In this document: in pieces, positions 1 to 7,401 of the stretch
How the letters are laid out: the number at the start of each line of letters is the position of its first letter
How positions within the stretch are numbered: the stretch's first letter is position 1
Source: Candidatus Kuenenia stuttgartensis
Lineage (GTDB): Bacteria > Planctomycetota > Brocadiia > Brocadiales > Brocadiaceae
Reading direction: 5' to 3'
DNA length: 32,000 nt
Assembly: GCF_900232105.1 (NCBI RefSeq)
Contig: NZ_LT934425.1
Coordinates: forward strand, 330,001 to 362,000
The notes under the pieces: generated by a model
The model's input: only the letters and a program-made list of their open reading frames with translations
Told to the model about the DNA's origin: nothing
Databases searched by the model: none
Translations under genes and position numbers: made by a program

Positions 1-869
1 ATTTTTTGGCTTCTAAATCTGCGAATAATTGATGAACGCTTGTCCTGTGCGAGTCCGGCGTGCATATACTCAATATCATGAAAATCTTTCCTAAGCAGCC
101 GAAACAGAGAGTCAACCATGTGCCGTGCATTACAGAAGATAAGCGCCTGGTTCACCTCCTCGCCCTTGAGATATTTAACGAGTTCTTCATGCTTTTGTTT
201 CGGGTTGACATAAGAAAAATAATGTTCAATGCTTTCCGGTGCAGATCTCTTTGTAACAAGCGATATATACTGGGGTTCATGCAAACAGTCTTGTGTAAGT
301 TTTTTTATATCATCGGGCATCGTTGCGGAAAAAAGCAGTGTTTGATGTTTGTGCCGTATACATGACAAAATGAATTCGATATCCTCAAGGAATCCTACCT
401 TTAGCAGCTCGTCCGCCTCATCAAGGATAACACATTTTATCCGTGCAAATGAAAGTATCCCTTCGTACAAAAGATCTATGAGCCGTCCTGGGGTTGCCAC
501 TAAAATATGCACTGTCTGTTTTACTCTGGCTATCTGTGCCGCCCTATCAAATCCGCCATAAACGGCATAAGGGATAACGTCCGTTTTTGCCGCTATTTTC
601 CTGATCTCCTCCACATACTGCATACACAATTCACGAGTCGGAACAATCACAAGTCCCTGAATGGCGTCGAGGGAGGGATCAACTTTTTGAATAAGTGGGA
701 TGGCGCAGGCTGCCGTCTTTCCCGACCCAGTCTCTGCCAGGGCACATAAATCATGGCCTGCGAAGATTATAGGGTAAGTCGCCTCCTGGATGGGAGTCAT
801 TTCATTATATCCCATTTTATCGAGGGCTTTGAGGATGTCTGCAGAAAGCTCAAGGTCGCTGAATTTCAT
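1..869 (-). CDS. DEAD-box ATP-dependent RNA helicase, N-terminal ~289 codons. The 3' end runs off the left window edge, and the ORF is absent from the supplied track because no stop lies in the window.
   Basis: Hand translation of the minus strand from ATG (869-867) gives MKFSDLELSADILKALDKMGYNEMTPIQ... Motifs found: AETGSGKT (motif I), VPTREL (Ia), LDEADELL (II; GAT codon at 422-420 is in frame with 869) and FSATMP (III). The frame is open to position 3 (…HAGLAQDKRSSIIRRFRSQK). A GGAGGGGG SD-like run (revcomp of 880-887) lies ~10 nt upstream. Confidence 0.9.
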   Translation of the reverse strand, partial: MKFSDLELSADILKALDKMGYNEMTPIQEATYPIIFAGHDLCALAETGSGKTAACAIPLIQKVDPSLDAIQGLVIVPTRELCMQYVEEIRKIAAKTDVIPYAVYGGFDRAAQIARVKQTVHILVATPGRLIDLLYEGILSFARIKCVILDEADELLKVGFLEDIEFILSCIRHKHQTLLFSATMPDDIKKLTQDCLHEPQYISLVTKRSAPESIEHYFSYVNPKQKHEELVKYLKGEEVNQALIFCNARHMVDSLFRLLRKDFHDIEYMHAGLAQDKRSSIIRRFRSQK

Positions 870-1041
870 GTATAGTTATCCCCCTCCACAAGGCAATGAC
901 CGCATAAATAGAACACAATGGCATTGGGTTAATTAAAAAGTTTTTACTCATATCATTTTTTTAAATCTATCTCCTTAAACATAAACCTTAATTTTTCACA
1001 AATTAAATCTTTTCCACTTCATTATCCTGTATTTTTTCCAG

Positions 1042-1187
1042 CATGGGTGGTTAAGGTTGCAACCAAATGTCATTAAGTTAAAGTTGTTTGATTAAAAACA
1101 ACCCCCTTTATCCCCCTTTATTAAGGGAGACTTTTGCGGCAGGTAGATTAACTTAATGACATTGGCTTGCAAACCTGAACGGGCGGG
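1042..1187. mobile_element. MITE-like non-autonomous element, short copy A (~146 bp) with terminal inverted repeats
   Basis: The perfect 16-bp inverted core AATGTCATTAAGTTAA (1066-1081) / TTAACTTAATGACATT (1148-1163) extends imperfectly outward to catgggtggttaaggttgcaacc... / ...cttgcaaacctgaacgggcgg. The interior shares gat(t/c)aaaaacaaccccc...ccccctttattaaggg(a/g)gacttttgcggc with the copy at 3961-4370. There is no coding capacity. A possible solo TIR remnant, aatggcattgggttaa, lies at 917-932. Confidence 0.6.
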
Positions 1188-1302
1188 AATATCGTTAATT
1201 TTGCAGTGATTACGATGTGATTGTCCTGGCAGACCCATCAATCATAGAGAATACGTGCAATACGCCCTATACAAGAATAGTTTTAAATTCTTTAACGTTG
1301 AA

Positions 1303-3822
1303 TTATACTGGCACCGGAGACATTTTCCATATTTCATTATTATATTCTTCTATCGTTCTGTCACTGGAAAATTTGCCGCTGCAGGCAGTATTCAAGATGC
1401 TCATCCTCGTCCATTTATTCTGATCCCGATACGCCTCTGCTACTTTTTTCTGAGCGTTGACATAACTTCTGAAATCTGCAATCGTCATCCACGGGTCGTT
1501 CGGACTGGTAAGCGAATGAATAATGCTATCAAATATTTTATATTCAAACTGGTTGAAATGGCCGCTTGTAAGTAACTGCATCACGCGAAGCAAGTCCTCG
1601 TCCGTGTGAATAATCGCATCCGGGTTATAGTTTTTTCGTAATTGGAAAACTTCTTCAGCAGTCAAACCAAAAAAAAAGAGGTTTTCATCTCCAACTTCTT
1701 TGCGAATTTCAATGTTAGCGCCGTCGAGTGTGCCGATAGTTATAGCGCCGTTCATCATGAATTTCATATTTCCCGTGCCCGAGGCTTCTTTTCCTGCCGT
1801 AGAAATTTGTTCGGAAAGGTCTGTGCCAGGGGCAATAATTTCCATGGCAGTTACAGAATAATTCGGCAAAAAAACCACTTTTAAATATTCGTGCATCTTT
1901 GGATCGGCGTTAATTACCTCCGCAACATTATTTATCAATTTAATAATGGTTTTTGCCATAAAATATCCCGAAGCGGCTTTTCCGCCAAAAAGGATGAGTC
2001 GCGGAGTCCAATTTGCATCGTCGCCACGCTTCACGCGATCATACAAATGTACCACATGGAGAATATTAAGCAATTGACGTTTATATTCATGAAAACGCTT
2101 TACCTGCACATCATACAGGGCGAATGCGTCAACCACAATACCACAACCCTGTTTTATAAGCGCCGCCAAGCGTTTTTTATTATGCATTTTTATCTCCCGC
2201 CATCGCAAGCAAAATTCCTTGTCGTTAACATAGTTTTTTAGCAGGTGTAATTGCGGTAAGTCAGTTATCCATCCATTCCCGATTTTTTCTGTGATAAGGC
2301 TGCTTAATGCCGGATTTGCCCAGCCCAGCCACCTTCGTGGAGTGACGCCATTTGTCTTATTGTTGAATTTTTCCGGCCATAGCTCATAAAAATCACGAAA
2401 CAATCCTTCCGTTAATAATTTAGTATGCAGTGCCGCGACGCCGTTTACGGAGAAACTGCAGACAATAGCAAGGTGTGCCATACGGGCATATGGTTCATTG
2501 CCGTCTCCGATAATCGACATGCGCATTTGCCGTTCAATATCGCCCGGCCAACGTCGCGCCACTTCTGAGATAAAACGTGCATTAATTTCATAGATAATAT
2601 CGAGCAATCGCGGCAGCAGTTCGCGGAACATACGCACCGGCCATTTTTCCAGCGCCTCAGAAAGTAAGGTATGGTTTGTATATGCCATAACGTTGTGGGT
2701 AATGTCCCATGCCTCATCCCATTCCATTCGATATTCATCCATCAGCAAGCGCATCAATTCCGCCGTTGCGATAGCGGGATGAGTGTCGTTCATTTGAAAA
2801 CAGTTTTTTTCAGCAAATTCGCTAAAATCATACCCATATAGTCGCACCCAATGGCGTAACACATCCTGCAGGCTTGCTGATGCGAGAAAATATTGCTGTT
2901 TCAGGCGCAGCACCTTGCCGTTTTCACTGACGTCATTCGGGTATAAAACCATGGTAATATATTCCGCGGCGCTTTTCGCGGCAACAGATTCAGGATAACT
3001 GCCCGCGTTAAACTCTCCCAGATTAAACTCATCTGTGGCGGAAGAAGACCACAATCGCAACGTATTTACGGTTCCATTCCGGTACCCTGGTATCGCAATG
3101 TCATAGGGCGTCGCCAATACATCCTGCGTATTTACCCAACGTGCGAACAACCTTCCGTCTTCGCCGCGATAAAATTCAGTTCGTCCGCCAAAATGCACGC
3201 GGCACATGTATTCCGGACGTTCCAGCTCCCAGGGATTTCCGTAGCGCAGCCAACGGTCGGGTTCTTCCACCTGTTCGCCATTTTCTATACACTGCCGAAA
3301 CATTCCGTATTCGTAACGAATCCCGTACCCCACAACCGGCAACTGCAACGTGGCGCAGCTATCAAGAAAACATGCGGCAAGCCGTCCCAGGCCCCCGTTG
3401 CCTAAACCGGCGTCGTGTTCCGCCTCGCTCACCTCTTCCAATACGTAGCCAAGTTCCTGCATGCCATGGGAAACCTCGTCAACAATGCCAAGATTGACCA
3501 TGGCATTGCTCAACGTCCTCCCGGGGAGATATTCCATAGACAAATAATACGTACATTTGCATTTGCTTTCATGATAGGCATAGCGGGTCTTTTTCCAACG
3601 TTCCAATAACCGGTCACGGAGCACTAACGCCAGCGCATTATATGAATAGTGTAATAAACGACAATGCTTGTCTCGCCCCAGGGTATCACTAAAATACCGT
3701 CGATACTCTTCCCCGATATCTTTAGCGCTCATCCCTAAAGGCGGAAGCTCTGTGAGTGTAGATACTGGTTTGCTCTGTTTTAAAGTCTTATAGGGAAGGA
3801 TTAGTTCTTTCCGTTTTTCCAT
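1303..3822 (-). CDS. glgP: Glycogen/maltodextrin phosphorylase (GT35), 839 aa
   Basis: Full-length ORF with the pyridoxal-phosphate site signature EASGTGNMKFMMNGAITIGTLDGANIEI. The length and N-terminal regulatory region are typical of alpha-glucan phosphorylases. AGGAGG lies just upstream of the ATG (revcomp of ~3832-3837). Confidence 0.95.
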   Translation of the reverse strand: MEKRKELILPYKTLKQSKPVSTLTELPPLGMSAKDIGEEYRRYFSDTLGRDKHCRLLHYSYNALALVLRDRLLERWKKTRYAYHESKCKCTYYLSMEYLPGRTLSNAMVNLGIVDEVSHGMQELGYVLEEVSEAEHDAGLGNGGLGRLAACFLDSCATLQLPVVGYGIRYEYGMFRQCIENGEQVEEPDRWLRYGNPWELERPEYMCRVHFGGRTEFYRGEDGRLFARWVNTQDVLATPYDIAIPGYRNGTVNTLRLWSSSATDEFNLGEFNAGSYPESVAAKSAAEYITMVLYPNDVSENGKVLRLKQQYFLASASLQDVLRHWVRLYGYDFSEFAEKNCFQMNDTHPAIATAELMRLLMDEYRMEWDEAWDITHNVMAYTNHTLLSEALEKWPVRMFRELLPRLLDIIYEINARFISEVARRWPGDIERQMRMSIIGDGNEPYARMAHLAIVCSFSVNGVAALHTKLLTEGLFRDFYELWPEKFNNKTNGVTPRRWLGWANPALSSLITEKIGNGWITDLPQLHLLKNYVNDKEFCLRWREIKMHNKKRLAALIKQGCGIVVDAFALYDVQVKRFHEYKRQLLNILHVVHLYDRVKRGDDANWTPRLILFGGKAASGYFMAKTIIKLINNVAEVINADPKMHEYLKVVFLPNYSVTAMEIIAPGTDLSEQISTAGKEASGTGNMKFMMNGAITIGTLDGANIEIRKEVGDENLFFFGLTAEEVFQLRKNYNPDAIIHTDEDLLRVMQLLTSGHFNQFEYKIFDSIIHSLTSPNDPWMTIADFRSYVNAQKKVAEAYRDQNKWTRMSILNTACSGKFSSDRTIEEYNNEIWKMSPVPV

Positions 3823-3960
3823 TATTTAGATACCTCCTAACCTGGCATAGCCAGAACTAAACAGTCATTAGTCATTGGTCCACCACCTACTGCCGACTTT
3901 AGATCGCTGACTGCAGAATGAACTATTAAATATTTTGCCAAAAAATGTAAAGAAATTACA

Positions 3961-4370
3961 CATGGCGGGTTCAAGTTTGCAACTCAATGTCATTAAGTTA
4001 AGAATTATTGTAACACTTTGGTTTTTAAAAAAACGTATTACCGATAAGTTTGTAGATAGGATACCATAACAGATCGTAGAGACAGGTTTGAAACCTGTCT
4101 CTATAATCAGGAGCGGCCTGTCTTCCTGTCAATCATATACAGGCCGCTCCTACGGAGCTATTTACCTGTTGAATTTTATTGCGCTACAAACAGACCGCCC
4201 CTAAAGGGGCTGCATTGTTTTTAATGTCCCCTTGGATTTTTCAAATAACTAAGGTGCTATGAATTATTTGATCAAAAACAACCCCCTTTTTTCCCCTTTA
4301 TTAAGGGGGACTTTTGCGGCCGTTTGCTTAACTTAATGACATTGGGTTACAACCCTGAACCCGCCTGAAG
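3961..4370. mobile_element. MITE-like element, long copy B (~410 bp), same family and orientation as 1042-1187, carrying a ~250-bp internal insertion
   Basis: The same 16-bp inverted core occurs at 3986-4001 and 4328-4343. The outer arms are GGCGGGTTCAAGTTTGCAACTC... / ...GGGTTACAACCCTGAACCCGCC. The element is flanked by a near-perfect direct repeat, TGTAAAGAAATTAC (3946-3959) and TGCAAAGAAATTAC (4371-4384), which resembles a target-site duplication. It contains the hairpin TCCCCCTT-tatt-AAGGGGGA followed by CTTTTG (~4292-4317). Confidence 0.65.
4011..4260. repeat. Nested insert inside MITE copy B, rich in perfect palindromes
   Basis: This segment is absent from copy A. It is bounded by GAATTATTG (4002-4010) and GAATTATTTG (4261-4270). 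It contains the palindrome TAGAGACAGGTTT-g-AAACCTGTCTCTA (4077-4103), a 13-bp perfect stem AGGAGCGGCCTGT...ACAGGCCGCTCCT (4109-4121 / 4139-4151), and GCCCCTaaaGGGGC (~4196-4209). Confidence 0.5.
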
Positions 4371-4407
4371 TGCAAAGAAATTACTGACAAGGTACTATAT
4401 TATTGCA

Positions 4408-4911
4408 TTATTGCCAGGGCCAGACTTCGACTAAGATTGTATATCCGGCAATACCAGTTACTATGGCATTAACAATTGTCCAGTAACCGGTAATTTTTTC
4501 AATAGCCTTTCCGAGTCCAAGCAGCAGAAAAAACATAAACCACAAACTCGCCCACATTAACCACAATATAAGTAATCCTATATCAGGCATTGCAGTAAAT
4601 GACGTCGGAACGGCGACTACAGACACTAATAAGCAATACCATCCTAATCCCTTGCCCTCATGGTTCCCCAGAGCGTTGATGCCTACCCATAAATAGGTAA
4701 ATCCAAACAACAGGGACTGCATGGCATAAAAATAGGTTATTATTTCTCCACCGTGAACGAAAACAGTCCGCATAGCTCCGGCCACAATAAGAGCACCGGC
4801 AAACAGGTTCATTGGAAATACATGCTTTGCGCTTAACTTTCCCAAAACCATCAAGCCATTCATAAACAGAACAAAGCCAACATACACCAGTGCAACGCCT
4901 AACATTCCCAC
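4408..4911 (-). CDS. AmiS/UreI-family channel (urea / short-chain amide transporter), 167 aa, ~6 TM
   Basis: The N-terminus MLGVALVYVGFVLFMNG and the internal LLFGFTYLWVGINAL, GKGLGWYCLLVS and LWFMFFLLLGL closely resemble my recollection of H. pylori UreI and P. aeruginosa AmiS. The size and hydrophobicity fit the family. Confidence 0.75.
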   Translation of the reverse strand: MGMLGVALVYVGFVLFMNGLMVLGKLSAKHVFPMNLFAGALIVAGAMRTVFVHGGEIITYFYAMQSLLFGFTYLWVGINALGNHEGKGLGWYCLLVSVVAVPTSFTAMPDIGLLILWLMWASLWFMFFLLLGLGKAIEKITGYWTIVNAIVTGIAGYTILVEVWPWQ

Positions 4912-4980
4912 AGCAACCGCTCCTATTTTTAAATCAGTTTCTTAAACCATTTACATTCAGAAAAACCACACACGGCGCAC

Positions 4981-6330
4981 TTATTTATGTTTTAATGGAC
5001 GTGGCGCAGTCTTTATATTTGCGGATAAGGGACGAGTAGTTTTGGTCTTTATAAAGGAATATTGTTTTTTCATTGTGGAAGTGCTCATATCCTTTTTTAA
5101 ATCAGTCTTTCCCCTAGTATCACTTTTTTGGTGCCAATCCATTTTATTGCGTACAATTTTTTTCTGTGTTGGTGCAGCATGTGTTCCGGTGTTTTTTAAT
5201 GCAGGCATAGAATAGTCGAAATCTTCCAGGGTATATCGTTCGATACGTGAGCCAAGGATGTTTTCAATACCGCGTACCATTGCTTTATCATCTTCTGTTA
5301 CCAGGGTAAAAGCATCTCCGGTACGCGCCGCACGACCTGTTCTGCCAATACGATGGACATATGCCTCCGGGGTATCAGGAATATCATAGTTAATAACATG
5401 TGAAATTTGTGAAATGTCTATGCCGCGTGCTGCAATATCTGTCGCCACAAGGATCTGGTAGGCGCCATTTCTAAACCCACCTAAAGCCGCCTGTCGTTGT
5501 GGTTGTGACAAATTCCCCTGAAACGACGTCGCCTTGTACCCAGCCCTTATTAACCGGTCGCCCAGGCTCTTTGCCCGGTACTTGGTACGGGTAAAAATCA
5601 GCACAGACTGGGTGTCTGTATGTTGCAATATCTTCAGAAGAAGGGGTATTTTAAGATGTTGTTTCACCGGATATAAGGCGTGTTTAACCGTGGATGCCGG
5701 AGCGGTTTTCCCTAATTGAACAGTCACCGGTTTTGTTAGCGCTTCCTGCGCCAACTTTCGGATCTCATCTGGCATGGTCGCGGAAAAAAGCAATGTTTGC
5801 CGTTTATGCGACAGACACTTTATTATCTTTCTGATATCCGGAAGAAATCCCATGTCGAACATATGATCCGCTTCATCGAGCACCAACACCTCTACCCTTG
5901 AAAGTTCGATGGTCCTTTGTTTCATATGGTCCAAAAGCCTTCCAGGGCAGGCAACAACAATCTCTACGCCGCTTCTGAGTCTATTGATCTGCTGGGTAAT
6001 GCTAACGCCCCCGTAAATGCTAATGCTTCTTAATGATGTTTTTGACCCGAGGGTTTTGAAATCCTGAAGAACCTGTTCAGCCAGTTCACGGGTTGGGACG
6101 ATAACAAGAGCACGTATTTTGCCGCGTTCTCCCTGCATCAATCTGTGTAGTATCGGCAACACAAATGCGGCTGTCTTGCCGGTGCCTGTCTGCGCCAGGC
6201 CCATTACATCTGTCCCCTCCAAAATCAGCGGAATTGCCTGTAATTGAATCGGCGTTGGGGTGACATACCCGACCGATTTTATACCTGCAACAATGTTAGA
6301 ATTAAAATTAAACGTTTGAAAATTTTTCAT
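4981..6330 (-). CDS. rhlE: DEAD-box ATP-dependent RNA helicase, RhlE-like, 449 aa with a basic C-terminal tail
   Basis: Motifs found: TPIQ (Q motif), AQTGTGKTAAF (I), PTRELAEQ (Ia), VLDEADHMFDMGF (II), LLFSATMP (III), ATDIAARGIDI (V) and YVHRIGRTGRAARTG (VI). The C-terminus is K/R/T-rich. Confidence 0.92.
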   Translation of the reverse strand: MKNFQTFNFNSNIVAGIKSVGYVTPTPIQLQAIPLILEGTDVMGLAQTGTGKTAAFVLPILHRLMQGERGKIRALVIVPTRELAEQVLQDFKTLGSKTSLRSISIYGGVSITQQINRLRSGVEIVVACPGRLLDHMKQRTIELSRVEVLVLDEADHMFDMGFLPDIRKIIKCLSHKRQTLLFSATMPDEIRKLAQEALTKPVTVQLGKTAPASTVKHALYPVKQHLKIPLLLKILQHTDTQSVLIFTRTKYRAKSLGDRLIRAGYKATSFQGNLSQPQRQAALGGFRNGAYQILVATDIAARGIDISQISHVINYDIPDTPEAYVHRIGRTGRAARTGDAFTLVTEDDKAMVRGIENILGSRIERYTLEDFDYSMPALKNTGTHAAPTQKKIVRNKMDWHQKSDTRGKTDLKKDMSTSTMKKQYSFIKTKTTRPLSANIKTAPRPLKHK

Positions 6331-6980
6331 AAACCCCTTCTTTCATAAAATATTGTAGGAATAAACTATTCCTATTGTACTATTGTCAGGCCAGCAACAT
6401 GCTTCCCGTCGCTGTAAAAACGTGACATCTGTATATATAATTACCCGTCATTTCCCCTCTTGCACAAGGAAGGAACTACGGGGATGTTTAAAATATAACC
6501 CCTCCGATTCCCTGATAACTTTCAAAGAAAACCAAATACATCAAAAACAACACAACGTCGGGATCGTGATTGGCTGCGTTATAATTCCTTTTAGAATTAT
6601 TTGATAAAACTATGTTTTTTTGGTATATGGCGGAAGAACAACTCATACAATAGGCTAGTAACGGATATGATAATGTTCTTTCTTCTCTGAAAAAAAATAC
6701 CTCTGAAAAACAGAGTATTGGGAATCAGGTAACGATTTTTTTCATCAAAAGAGAAGGTTGTGAACAATTTGTGGACGATGTTTCGCAGAAAATCATATTA
6801 CAACATGCTTTCTTTTATTATTTTCGTATATTTAGCAAATTAAACAGTGCCCAAATTCATCATCAATCACATAATAATATCGTATAATAATAAATTTACC
6901 AGTTAAATGATAAAAATATTCCTTACTCTGCATTTTCCCTTTTCTTTAAACATCCCTAAATTGTCATCTTCGGAACCAAA

Positions 6981-7216
6981 CAAGCAGGAGATAAATAAAT
7001 ACTAAACACGAAATCCGAAACGAATCCTAAATTCACCCCGCTATATAACATTCAATAGTGCATTTACTATTGTTAGATAATTCAGATAATTGTGTATCAG
7101 ACGGTGTAAAATTTTCAAATGTTCAAATGTTCAAAACCCGTTTTTTTTTCATTGGGATTTTGCATTTTAAAATTTGTTTCGGATTTCGTGCTTCGTATTT
7201 CTTTATCTCCTGATTG
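6981..7216. repeat. ~236-bp inverted-repeat element (44-bp arms), unrelated to the glgP-flanking family; a MITE-like or large-hairpin locus
   Basis: The left arm is caagcaggagataaataaatactaaacacgaaatccgaaacgaa (6981-7024). The right arm is tttgtttcggatttcgtgcttcgtatttctttatctcctgattg (7173-7216). The reverse complement of the left arm matches the right arm at all but ~5 positions by eye. The interior carries short tandem repeats: AGATAATT x2 (7075-7091) and TTCAAATG x2.5 (7114-7136). Confidence 0.7.
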
Positions 7217-7401
7217 CCTGGCCCTTGATTTGTTCAGATTAAATGTGGGCGAACTATGATCAATTTTCAAACAGCCAAATTGTTATAATTTTGATAATAT
7301 TGCCGAAAAAATTAAAAATGCTTGCAATCGTCTTCCATTTTAGTTTAACATGTGTTCTACATGGAAAGTGTGGTTTCCTATCACTTATTAAATAAAACAT
7401 A

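Noticed and set aside
60-749. Three + strand track ORFs (101, 70 and 80 aa) at the left edge
   Set aside because: They lie antisense to a motif-complete DEAD-box helicase frame on the minus strand. Their sequences are low-complexity with no recognisable motifs, so they are shadow ORFs.
6778-6843. A 21-aa ORF, MFRRKSYYNMLSFIIFVYLAN, resembling a type I toxin-like hydrophobic peptide
   Set aside because: It has no properly spaced SD (GAAGG is ~20 nt upstream), I could identify no antisense RNA signature, and such ORFs arise by chance in AT-rich DNA.
6331-7401. Cobalamin riboswitch upstream of the B12-binding radical SAM gene
   Set aside because: I found no B12-box-like GC-rich core (…GCCACTG… / AGYCMGGAGACC-type) in the spacer. 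The region is strongly AT-rich and dominated by the inverted-repeat element. An Infernal scan would be needed to be certain.
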